Below, piece by piece: positions 19,489 to 28,223 of a stretch of DNA of 59,810 bases; position 1 is the first letter of the stretch; each line of letters opens with the position of its first letter. The stretch is from Rhodocyclaceae bacterium (GTDB lineage: Bacteria > Pseudomonadota > Gammaproteobacteria > Burkholderiales > Rhodocyclaceae). The notes below the pieces were generated by a model. It was given only the letters and a program-made list of their open reading frames with translations. It did no database searches and was not told the origin of the DNA. The stretch lies in assembly GCA_020849155.1 (NCBI GenBank), contig JADLGU010000302.1, positions 1 to 59,810 of the forward strand, read 5' to 3'. A program made the translations under genes and the position numbers.

Positions 19489-20420
19489 ACCTTGGAGGGG
19501 CGGTCGGCCACCAGCCAGTCGTCCTCGGCGTGCGCGCCGCTGGCGCCGCGCTCGTGCAGCTCGGCCAGGCAGTCGAGCAGGCCCTGGCCGAGGTCGACGT
19601 AGTCGTTCGCCACCAGCTTGTGGCCGACCTTGGGATGGAAGGCGTAGGGCGTCATGACGTAGTGGCCCTCGTCCTGCTTGCCGCCGAAGCTCATCTCGAC
19701 GCCGCCGGGGATCATCTCCGAGATCATGCGCATCAGGTTCTTCACCGGCATGCGCTCCTGGCCGGTGAGGATGAGATGGCGGTTGGCGTACTCGTCGGCG
19801 AGGATCCGCACGCTCAGGCGCGCCGCGTCGCGGACATGGATGTACTCGCGCATCGCCTCGGCGCTGCCCTGGTAGGCGATGGTGCGCTGCTCGAGGGCCT
19901 GCTTGAGCAGGCGGTAGATGCCGTTGCGCCGGTCGGCGCGGCGGCCGTAGAGCGAGCCGTAGCGCAGCACGGAAAACGGCAGCCCGTAGCGTTCGTAATA
20001 GGCCTCGACGAAGCGCTCCGCCGCCTGCTTGCTGGCGCGGTAGAAGGAGCCCGACTCCGAATACACGTACACCGTGCTGGCGAAGACGAAGCGCCGGGCG
20101 CCCGCGGCGCGCGCCGCCTCGAGGGCGTGCAGGTTGCCGACGATGTTGGCGTTGGCCGTGTCGAGCGGCCGGTCCTTCGCCTCGTCGATGTCGGCGATGC
20201 CGGCGAAGTTGTAGACGTACTCGCAGCCCGCCGCCGCGCGGGCGACGGCCTCGCGGTCGAGGATGTCGCCGACCACCATTTCCTGGCCCTCGCGCCGGTA
20301 GGGCGAATCGACCCGGTCGAAGATGCGCACCTGATAGCCGGCGTCGCCGAGCGCATCCGCGACATGGCTGCCGAGAAAACCGCTGCCGCCGAAGACTACC
20401 GCCCTGTTGCCTGTCGTCAT
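19485..20420 (-). CDS. NAD-dependent epimerase/dehydratase
   Basis: ATG at 20420; GGSGFLGSHVAD, FASTVYVY, FYRASK, RYGSLYG. Confidence 0.9.
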   Translation of the reverse strand: MTTGNRAVVFGGSGFLGSHVADALGDAGYQVRIFDRVDSPYRREGQEMVVGDILDREAVARAAAGCEYVYNFAGIADIDEAKDRPLDTANANIVGNLHALEAARAAGARRFVFASTVYVYSESGSFYRASKQAAERFVEAYYERYGLPFSVLRYGSLYGRRADRRNGIYRLLKQALEQRTIAYQGSAEAMREYIHVRDAARLSVRILADEYANRHLILTGQERMPVKNLMRMISEMIPGGVEMSFGGKQDEGHYVMTPYAFHPKVGHKLVANDYVDLGQGLLDCLAELHERGASGAHAEDDWLVADRPSKV

Positions 20421-21361
20421 GCCGCCCTCCCTGCCACCAGCCCGCGCGCGGCGAGCCCCTTGTAGAGATTCTCGGCCGCCTCGCGCTCCATGATGCCGCG
20501 TGCCTCCTCGGCGTAGGAGCCCATGTGCGCCGTCAGCACCACCTGCGGCAGCTCGGCGAGCGGCCCCGCGTAGGGCTCCTTCGCGTAGGTGTCGAGCGCC
20601 GCGCCGCCGAGGCGGCCGTCGCGGATTGCCTGCGCCAGCGCGGCCTCGTCCACGAGGTCGCCGCGCGCCGTGTTCACCAGCACGGCGCCGCGCTTCATCA
20701 GGCCGATGCGCGCCGCGTCGAGGAAATGCCCCGTTCCCTTCTGCGAGGGCATGTGCAGCGTGACGATGTCCGCCGCCGCCAGCAGCGGCTCCAGCGCGCT
20801 GGCCTCGGCGATGCCGTCGGACGCGACGGCCGCCGCATCGGTCGCCAGCACGCGGGCGCCGAAGGCCCGCGCCAGCTGCGCCACGCGCCGCCCGATGCGC
20901 CCGTAGCCGACGATGCCCACCGTGCGCGCCGCCAGCAGGCCGCCCATCAGGGGCTTCCATTGCCCGGCGCGGATCAGCCGGTCGGCCTGGCTGATCCTGC
21001 GCAGCTGGTCGAGCATCAGGCCAAGAGTCAGTTCCGCCACGGCGGCGCTCGGCGCATCCGGCGTGTTCGTTACCTCGATGCCGAGCTCCCGCGCGGCTGC
21101 CAGGTCCACGCTGTCCAGGCCGATGCCGCAGCGGGCGACGACCTTCAGCCCCCGCGCGCCGGACAGCACGCGGCGTGTCAGCGGCTCCGTGCCGGCCACC
21201 ATGCCGACCACGTCCTCGCCGAGCAGGCCAGCGACCTCGTCCTCGCTCAGCTTGCGGCCATGCGGATTGGTCGCGATCTCGTAGCCGGCCTGCTTCAGGC
21301 GGGCGAGGGACTCGGCGGCGGCCACGTTGAACGACGAAGTGGTGATCAGGACTTTCGGCAC
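20417..21361 (-). CDS. D-isomer-specific 2-hydroxyacid dehydrogenase (SerA-like, no ACT domain)
   Basis: RCGIGLDSVD, AVAELT, GIVGYGRIG, VNTARG, LTAHMGS. Confidence 0.9.
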   Translation of the reverse strand: MPKVLITTSSFNVAAAESLARLKQAGYEIATNPHGRKLSEDEVAGLLGEDVVGMVAGTEPLTRRVLSGARGLKVVARCGIGLDSVDLAAARELGIEVTNTPDAPSAAVAELTLGLMLDQLRRISQADRLIRAGQWKPLMGGLLAARTVGIVGYGRIGRRVAQLARAFGARVLATDAAAVASDGIAEASALEPLLAAADIVTLHMPSQKGTGHFLDAARIGLMKRGAVLVNTARGDLVDEAALAQAIRDGRLGGAALDTYAKEPYAGPLAELPQVVLTAHMGSYAEEARGIMEREAAENLYKGLAARGLVAGRAA

Positions 21362-21367
21362 GATTCA

Positions 21368-22057
21368 TCAACCTTCAATGCAAATGTTTTCCAGCAGCAC
21401 GTCGACGCCCGCCGGCGGGCGAACCGAAGCGGCGGGCAGCCCGGCTCCGGCACGCCACGCCGCCACCGCCGCGCGCTTGCCCGCGCCGGCGACGAGGAAC
21501 AGGGCGCCGCGCGTCCGGCCGAGCCGCCGCGCGCTCAGGCTCACGCGTTCGGCCGGCGGCTTCGGCGCGTCATGCACCGCCAGGACGTCCGGCGCCTCCG
21601 GCGCCTCACCCCAGTCGCCGCCGGGAAACAGGCTGGCGGTATGACCATCCTCGCCGAGCCCCAGCAGCACCAGATCGAATTCCGGCACGTCGGCGAGGGC
21701 GGCGCGGTATTCCGCCGCGGCCGCCTCCGCGCCCAACTCGCCGCGGATGACGTGTATCCGCCCGGCCGGGATCGGCACGCGCTCCAGCCAGGCCGTTCCG
21801 GCCATCCGGCTGTTGCGGCGCGGATCGTCGACGGCCAGGCAGCGCTCGTCGCCGAACCAGATTTCCCAGGCGCGCCAGTCGGTGTCGAGATCGCGCAGCG
21901 CCTCGTACACGCCGCGAGGCGTCTCGCCGCCGGCCAGAACGATGCGGAACACGCCCCGCGCCGCGATGGCCTCCTGCGCCGCCTCGCCGATCCAGGCCGC
22001 CGCCCGCTCGCGCACCTCGGCGGCCGACGCGCACAGGCGCCAGCGCGGCGATTCCAT
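21368..22057 (-). CDS. pgl: 6-phosphogluconolactonase
   Basis: LAGGETP, FGDERC, FDLVLLGLGEDGHTASLFPG, PKPPAERVSLS. Confidence 0.92.
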   Translation of the reverse strand: MESPRWRLCASAAEVRERAAAWIGEAAQEAIAARGVFRIVLAGGETPRGVYEALRDLDTDWRAWEIWFGDERCLAVDDPRRNSRMAGTAWLERVPIPAGRIHVIRGELGAEAAAAEYRAALADVPEFDLVLLGLGEDGHTASLFPGGDWGEAPEAPDVLAVHDAPKPPAERVSLSARRLGRTRGALFLVAGAGKRAAVAAWRAGAGLPAASVRPPAGVDVLLENICIEG

Positions 22058-22081
22058 TGGTCAATCCCGCGAAAAGTGCAT

Positions 22082-22140
22082 ATTCTAACCGCTGACGCAG
22101 GGAATACCCAGTTCCGCCGGGGGTGCAATTGCCCTACAAT
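22082..22140. promoter_or_regulatory. Candidate divergent sigma70 -10 boxes (pgl leftward, aldolase rightward)
   Basis: TAGAAT on the - strand (22082-22087) and TACAAT on the + strand (22135-22140) in a relatively AT-rich intergenic gap. Confidence 0.4.
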
Positions 22141-22174
22141 TCCCGCCTGACATTTCCGACCGCCCCACCCACCG

Positions 22175-22951
22175 ATGGCCTCCCTCACCCTCAAGCAGAA
22201 GCTCGCCAGCAACCGCCTCACCATCGGCTGCTGGATCACCTTGGCCCACCCGGCCATTGCAGAGATCATGTCTCGCGCCGGCTTCGACTGGCTGGCGGTT
22301 GACCTCGAGCACAGCGTGATAACCATTCGCGAGGCCGAGGAGCTGATCCGCGTAGTCGCCCTGCACGGCGTAGCGCCATTGGTGCGGCTGACCAGCAACA
22401 ACGCCGACCTGATCAAGCGCGTCATGGACGCCGGTGCCCACGGCGTCATCGTGCCCATGGTGAATTCCCGCGCCGACGCCGAGCGGGCCGTGGCCTCGGT
22501 CTACTACCCACCGCGCGGCAGTCGCGGCGTCGGCCTGGCGCGCGCCCAAGGCTACGGTACTGCCTTCGCCGACTACCGTGCCTGGCTCGACTGCGAAGCT
22601 GTGGTCATCGTGCAGGTCGAGCACATCGCCGCCGTCGAAAACCTCGAGGCGATCCTCGACACGCCCGGCGTCGACGGCTACATCATCGGCCCCTATGACC
22701 TGTCCGCCTCGATGGGCATCCCCGGTCAGTTCGACGACCCCCGGTTGAAGCAGTCCATCGAGCGAATCCGCACGACCGGCATCGCCAAGGCCAAGCCGGG
22801 CGGGCTGCACGTCGTCGAACCCGACGCCGCGCAGCTTCGCGAGCATGTCGCGCGCGGCTTCCGCTTTCTCGCCTACAGCCTCGACACCCGCATGCTCGAC
22901 ACCGCCTGCCGCAGCGGCCTCGCCGAATGCCAGCGCGGCGCCCCCGAGTGA
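22175..22951 (+). CDS. HpcH/HpaI-family class II pyruvate aldolase
   Basis: GFDWLAVDLEHS, PLVRL, DAGAHGVIVPMV, YPPRGSRGVG, QVEH, IGPYDLSASMG. Confidence 0.92.
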   Translation: MASLTLKQKLASNRLTIGCWITLAHPAIAEIMSRAGFDWLAVDLEHSVITIREAEELIRVVALHGVAPLVRLTSNNADLIKRVMDAGAHGVIVPMVNSRADAERAVASVYYPPRGSRGVGLARAQGYGTAFADYRAWLDCEAVVIVQVEHIAAVENLEAILDTPGVDGYIIGPYDLSASMGIPGQFDDPRLKQSIERIRTTGIAKAKPGGLHVVEPDAAQLREHVARGFRFLAYSLDTRMLDTACRSGLAECQRGAPE

Positions 22952-22977
22952 CTGACTTTCCCCGGAGAAGACTTCAC

Positions 22978-23757
22978 GTGAACGCAATCGGCATCATTCC
23001 CGCCCGCATGGCCTCCAGCCGCTTCCCGGGCAAGCCGCTGGCCCCGATCCATGGCGTCCCGATGATCGGCCACGTCTGGTACCGCTGCAAGATGAGCAAG
23101 GCCCTCGACGAGGTGTACATCGCCACCTGCGACGAAGCGGTGCGCCTGTACGCCGACAGCATCGGCGCGAAATGCATCATGACCGCCGACACCCACGAGC
23201 GCGCCACCGACCGCACCGCCGAGGCCATGCTCAAGATCGAGCAGGCCACCGGCCGCCGCACCGACATCGTCGTCATGATCCAGGGCGACGAGCCGATGAC
23301 CCTGCCGGAAATGATTGACGAGGCCATCGCACCGATGGCAGCCGACCCTGCGGTAAACGTCGTGAACCTGATGGCGCACATCGACAGCGTCGCAGACTTC
23401 GAGGACCCGAACGAGGTCAAGGTGGTGGTGGACCTCAAGGGCGACGCGCTCTACTTCTCGCGCGAGCCGGTGCCGTCGCGCAAGAAGGGTGTGACGGAGG
23501 TGCCGATGCTCAAGCAGGTCTGCATCATCCCCTTCCGCCGCGACTACCTGCTGCGCTTCAATGCCCTGACGCCGACACCGCTCGAGATCATCGAATCGGT
23601 GGACATGATGCGCATCCTCGAGCACGGCGAGAAGGTGCGTATGGTGATGACCGATGCCCGCACCGCGAGCGTCGACACGCCCGCGGACCTCGCCTGTGTC
23701 GTCGGCATGATGCAGGGCGACCCGCTGATGCCCCGCTACGCCGCGCCGGGACGATGA
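22978..23757 (+). CDS. KdsB-like CMP-ulosonate synthetase (cytidylyltransferase)
   Basis: GTG start; IIPARMASSRFPGKPL, IQGDEP, VKVV, LYFSREP, SVDTPADL; substrate-side motifs diverge from KdsB. Confidence 0.85.
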   Translation: MNAIGIIPARMASSRFPGKPLAPIHGVPMIGHVWYRCKMSKALDEVYIATCDEAVRLYADSIGAKCIMTADTHERATDRTAEAMLKIEQATGRRTDIVVMIQGDEPMTLPEMIDEAIAPMAADPAVNVVNLMAHIDSVADFEDPNEVKVVVDLKGDALYFSREPVPSRKKGVTEVPMLKQVCIIPFRRDYLLRFNALTPTPLEIIESVDMMRILEHGEKVRMVMTDARTASVDTPADLACVVGMMQGDPLMPRYAAPGR

Positions 23758-24641
23758 ACTGTCCTAATTGCGGTCACGGCGAAAGCACCGCCGTCGGCCC
23801 CTACATCGGCAGCCACGTAATCTTCCGCCGCATGAGCCTGGCGTGCTGCGCATCTTGCGAACTGGTGTACGCCCAGCCCCAGCCGAGCCCGGCGGAACTT
23901 GCCGACTACTACGACCACTACTGGGACGGCGAGGTCGCCGTATCGACGCCGAGCACGCGCCGCTACTACCTGGCCCAGTCCCTCTCCCGCGTCGACTACC
24001 TACGACGCTTCGGCATCCTCGACGCGAAGCCCGCCGTGCTCGACGTCGGCGCCGGGCTCGGCCTCTTCCACGACGGCCTGGCGCGACGCGGCGTCGTCCA
24101 CGACTATGCCGCGGTGGAAACCGACCGCGACCAGTTCGAGGACCTGCGCCGACGCTTTGGCGACGACGGCGCCTTCCGGCGACTGGAGGACGTGCCGGCC
24201 GAACGCCGCTTCGATCTGCTGGCGCTGACCCACGTGCTCGAGCACATGGACCAGCCGCACGACTTCGTCTCCGGCCTGATGCAGCGGCTGCGCCCCGGCG
24301 GCCTGCTCTTCGTCGAGGTGCCGCACCGGGACTATCGCTACAAGGCCCTGTTTGAATCGCACCTGCTCTTCTTCAACACGCACAGCCTGGGCGATCTGCT
24401 CGGCCGGCACGGCCGGGTGCGCGACGTGTGCACCGTCGGCAAGGAGGCCGGCAAGCTCTACGTCGCTCACGTCCATCCGAAGCCGGATGCCCTGCGCCCG
24501 CTGAAGGAACTGGTCAAGACCGGCATCGCCCTGGCGACGCCGGACTTCGACGAGAAGCAGATCGCGCGCTACGGGATGTCGAGCTACGACGGCGACAGGC
24601 AGTGGCTGCGGGCGGTGGTGCAGCGGCCCGCAGACAACTGA
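23754..24641 (+). CDS. Class I SAM-dependent methyltransferase
   Basis: CPNC..CASC, VLDVGAGLG, HVLEHM, FVEVPH. Confidence 0.85.
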   Translation: MNCPNCGHGESTAVGPYIGSHVIFRRMSLACCASCELVYAQPQPSPAELADYYDHYWDGEVAVSTPSTRRYYLAQSLSRVDYLRRFGILDAKPAVLDVGAGLGLFHDGLARRGVVHDYAAVETDRDQFEDLRRRFGDDGAFRRLEDVPAERRFDLLALTHVLEHMDQPHDFVSGLMQRLRPGGLLFVEVPHRDYRYKALFESHLLFFNTHSLGDLLGRHGRVRDVCTVGKEAGKLYVAHVHPKPDALRPLKELVKTGIALATPDFDEKQIARYGMSSYDGDRQWLRAVVQRPADN

Positions 24642-24647
24642 AAAGCA

Positions 24648-25475
24648 TCAGGCGCGGGTGAATACGGCGTTCAAGCAGTCCCGATGCTCGCCCTGCAGGG
24701 CGGCACGGGTGGAGCGGAAGAGTATAAGGCCGCAGGACTCGATGGCCTGGATCAGGTCGCGGTCGCCCTCCTTCAGCTCGATTTGAAGCGACCTGAACCG
24801 CGAATCCGAAAGGGTTCGCGCCGCGCCGCGAATCACCTTCAATTCGTTGCCGTCCACATCGATCTTCATATGGATCGGCTGCGGCATCCGGAACAGCTCG
24901 ATCATTTCATCAAGCCTGAACGCCAGAACGGCCTGCTCGAACTTAGCCTCGAACCGTTCGCCGCGCCAGTCGATCGCCTCGCCAACAGAATGAAGCGCCG
25001 CGCCGCTGGCAAGGTCGTGAAGTTGCAGGAACTCGATCGAGGTGGCGTCGTGCAGGCCGACGTTCAGTGCTTTTACCCGACGACCTAGGCGATTGAGGAA
25101 GATGTTCTTGTTCAAGCAGGAATAATTTTTCGCTTCCGGTTCAAAGGCAAACACATCGCAACCACGGTGCAGCGAAGCATAGAGACTAAAGACGCCTACG
25201 TTGGCGCCCACGTCGTAAAAGACATCCCCCTGCCCAAAACCATCGATCCACTCCAGGGTTTCCGGCTCCTTCTTGTCCAGCCAGATTGCGCGCAGCAAAT
25301 GCAATTCGTCATTGGCGTCGAAGGAAATATCCGTACCATTGACCCGGACGCGCTTGATGCAGTTGATTCGCGCCAGAAACGCCCTATAAAGCCGAATCGG
25401 CCTGTTCAAGCCAATCAACGCGATCAGCAAATCGCTGGCTCGCTCGAAAAACGCTCTCTTCTTTGTTGTTGACAT
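24648..25475 (-). CDS. FkbM-family methyltransferase
   Basis: KEPETLEWI, FYDVGANVGVFS, AFEPE, MKIDVDGNE. Confidence 0.9.
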   Translation of the reverse strand: MSTTKKRAFFERASDLLIALIGLNRPIRLYRAFLARINCIKRVRVNGTDISFDANDELHLLRAIWLDKKEPETLEWIDGFGQGDVFYDVGANVGVFSLYASLHRGCDVFAFEPEAKNYSCLNKNIFLNRLGRRVKALNVGLHDATSIEFLQLHDLASGAALHSVGEAIDWRGERFEAKFEQAVLAFRLDEMIELFRMPQPIHMKIDVDGNELKVIRGAARTLSDSRFRSLQIELKEGDRDLIQAIESCGLILFRSTRAALQGEHRDCLNAVFTRA

Positions 25476-25581
25476 GGCCCCTTACCGCAAAATCTCTCTC
25501 GCTGCCAAAGACACAATCGCCGGTTCAATACGGGCAAGCGCGCTGACCCACCAAAGCGGACCAGCATCACCCAACCAATGG

Positions 25582-27096
25582 CTATTTCACCAAACGCTTT
25601 TCCCGCGCCTGTGACAAGGCTTCCTGCGATTTCCTTACAGCGGCGTTAATTCTCCCGGACCTCTCGTCCTCACCTGTCTTTGCCGCGCTGATTTCGTAGC
25701 CGACCGGGTTATAGAGAATGTCGTTGCGCCCGCCCTCGAGATAGCGCCCGACGAGCATCTTTTGCGCTGCATCTATGAAGCGATCGGCGTTGGCCTCGAG
25801 CTTCACGGCGTTGAGCAGCTGGCCGTCGCTTATCATGCCGACGAGGGGATGATGGAGGATGGTGTGGTGGCGCACGAGCGATGTCAGCATGCGCAGGTGC
25901 AGGTTCTGCCGGGCATCCAATTCACTGACAACGAAAGGTGCGACCACCAGGTCGCTGAAAGCGTAGTTGTCCCGCCGCAGATACCGGGTGCGCTCGATGA
26001 ACTGCTGGTATTCGGACAGAACCTTGGTCCTGTCCTCGGGGCTGTAGGCGCATGCCAGGATCGCATCGGCCTCGATCAGGGAAGTATGGTGCTGCACGAA
26101 AAAATCGTCGCTCTTGGTAATAATGCAGCGGTATTCTTCCCTCGGCGCAACCGAAATCGGACACACATCGCAGGCGATGCAGCGGACGACTTCGAAATGG
26201 GCGATATCCCACAGGCGCACCGTAACGTCGGGATGCCGCTGCATGAATCGATCAGCCCAGTCCCGGAAAAACGCCAAGCCCTTGCCCCCGTCGTCGCGTT
26301 GCAGAAGCCACAGATCCAGCTTGAACTTGTCCTTGAGCTTCTGCCCGCTCTCGCCGAGCGCGCCCAGCTTTGCGACACGCGCAACGCGTCGGCCGGTACC
26401 AATCGTGGTTTCCAGACCGTAGGAGTCCTTCTGCACCGTGCCGACGTCGCCACCCACGGCGGTGCCGCCGTACTGCGCGGTCGACTCGCTCGAGTTGCCG
26501 ACGCAAAGCAGGCCGAGATTGACCATATCGAGCATCTGGTAGATTAGAGTGGTTTCCTGGCCGCCGTTGCGCTTGGCGCCGACGGCGATGCCGCCGTAGA
26601 TCTTGCCCACCAAGTCGGCACGCAGGGCCGGATCTGCGGCGATGAAATCGAGCAGCGACTGAACGAGAGATCCGCGATCACCGAAGTAGACCGGCGTCGA
26701 GATGATGATGCCGTCTGCGGCGCACAGTTTGGCTTTCATGCCTTCCGCGTCATTCACAGCGCCGGAGGGCGGGAAGTGATTGGCAAGCGACAGGTAGTCG
26801 ATTTCTGCGCCCTCGTTGAGCGCACCCCAAAGCGCCGCAGCCAGCGCCGCCTCGGAGTTGCTGAGGCCGCGTTCCCCCGACATGCTGCGCAGGGCCTTGT
26901 AGATCTCGTCGAACGGTTTGTTTTCGGCACGTCCCGCGGCCAGGAAATCCTCGACGATGAGGCGGGTCTGCTCGTCGAGCAGCGCCTTCAGGCGGGCTTC
27001 CGAATCGACCGATGCCAGTTCGTTGAGCAGTTTCTTGGTGCCGCGCCCATGTCTGACGTTACGCAAACTGCCTGCGATTCCTAGTATCTTTGTCAT
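25582..27096 (-). CDS. Tandem flavodoxin-fold iron-sulfur flavoprotein (Isf/NADPH-FMN reductase-like)
   Basis: ATG at 27096; domain 1 GIAGSLR, ADGIIISTPVYFG, RNGGQETTL; domain 2 CIACDVC...C..SDD. Confidence 0.75.
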   Translation of the reverse strand: MTKILGIAGSLRNVRHGRGTKKLLNELASVDSEARLKALLDEQTRLIVEDFLAAGRAENKPFDEIYKALRSMSGERGLSNSEAALAAALWGALNEGAEIDYLSLANHFPPSGAVNDAEGMKAKLCAADGIIISTPVYFGDRGSLVQSLLDFIAADPALRADLVGKIYGGIAVGAKRNGGQETTLIYQMLDMVNLGLLCVGNSSESTAQYGGTAVGGDVGTVQKDSYGLETTIGTGRRVARVAKLGALGESGQKLKDKFKLDLWLLQRDDGGKGLAFFRDWADRFMQRHPDVTVRLWDIAHFEVVRCIACDVCPISVAPREEYRCIITKSDDFFVQHHTSLIEADAILACAYSPEDRTKVLSEYQQFIERTRYLRRDNYAFSDLVVAPFVVSELDARQNLHLRMLTSLVRHHTILHHPLVGMISDGQLLNAVKLEANADRFIDAAQKMLVGRYLEGGRNDILYNPVGYEISAAKTGEDERSGRINAAVRKSQEALSQAREKRLVK

Positions 27097-27233
27097 TTTG
27101 CACGACCTTGTCTGTGGGGTTGGCTCAATCCGGTTATCCCGTCCGCCGGCTAATTCGACGGTAAAAAACGGAAGATCCGGCCACACAAGAATTATACTCG
27201 CGCTGGCCGTCACCATCGGACGGTCCCTAGAGA

Positions 27234-28196
27234 ATGGCCATGGCTGAATCGATGCACATCGTAAATCCGTGCCGGCTGACCTCCAGCCCTGAGCGGCACT
27301 GGAGCCGCTATCCCGCGGTCATCCTCGACCGGGAGGGTAACTACTGCGTCTCATGGTACAACTACCCTCCGCCCGATTCGGCGATACCCTGCAGCATTTA
27401 TTTCTGCAAGGGTTCCGACCGCCTCGATTCGGTTGGAGCCCGCGAGCCGATTCGGGTAACGGATGATGAACGCAACCATAGCGGAGGAACCCTGTGTCAG
27501 GACGAGGGCGGAGATTATCATCTGGTGTGGCATTGCCGGCCGCAGCATTCGAAAATTCGCTCCCTCCTTTACTCGCGTTCGCCCGATGGCATAAGTTGGT
27601 CAAGGCCCATCCAGCCGGTTGCCCAGTTCAATGAGTACATGGTCTACCCGAGCCTGATCTGGCACCCTGCAAGGGGCTTCTTTCTGACGTTCTTCGCTAA
27701 GTTAGGGGCAGAGTCGCGTGTATATATCACTTCGTCAGAAAACGGCATGGCCTGGAAAGCGCCTTTCATGCTACCCACCTGCACTCAGGGCGATAACAAG
27801 AGCGCCTTGGCGGTCACCCAATCCGGCGAACTGATAGTGGTATGGCGTCATCTCAAGGGGGAGACGCATGGCTTGCGATGGTCTTCCTCGGACGACGGGC
27901 AACGTTGGCACAAACCGGAAGCGATTGCCGTCGCCTGTAGAGATGTCGATCGGCCGAAACTTTCCTCCGACAATGCCGGCAGAATATGGCTCAGCTACGA
28001 GGGAGACGGCCTTATTTGGGTTTGCCGGCTCGATCATGATCGGGGCTGGTCGCAGCCGATAAACCTTCAAACAGGGGCTGCTGTCGAGAGCCGACCATCT
28101 GCACTGATACAAAATCAACAAGGCGAATATTGGATAGCATGGACTTCGCAACGGAACGGCACAGAAGTTTGGGCAGGTAGGGTGTTACTAGATTGA
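27234..28196 (+). CDS. Asp-box (BNR) beta-propeller, sialidase-like protein
   Basis: SRSPDGISWS, TSSENGMAWK, SSSDDGQRWH repeats; no obvious signal peptide. Confidence 0.7.
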   Translation: MAMAESMHIVNPCRLTSSPERHWSRYPAVILDREGNYCVSWYNYPPPDSAIPCSIYFCKGSDRLDSVGAREPIRVTDDERNHSGGTLCQDEGGDYHLVWHCRPQHSKIRSLLYSRSPDGISWSRPIQPVAQFNEYMVYPSLIWHPARGFFLTFFAKLGAESRVYITSSENGMAWKAPFMLPTCTQGDNKSALAVTQSGELIVVWRHLKGETHGLRWSSSDDGQRWHKPEAIAVACRDVDRPKLSSDNAGRIWLSYEGDGLIWVCRLDHDRGWSQPINLQTGAAVESRPSALIQNQQGEYWIAWTSQRNGTEVWAGRVLLD

Positions 28197-28223
28197 CAGG
28201 AACAAATTTCCAATCCTAATAAC

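Noticed and set aside
16977-21371. Apparent large fusion ORFs 16977-18821, 17891-19354 and 19485-21371
   Set aside because: The N-terminal extensions are off-frame readings of the upstream gene; real starts at 17894, 18811 and 20420 overlap upstream stops in the normal coupled way, unlike the 10563-14348 fusion
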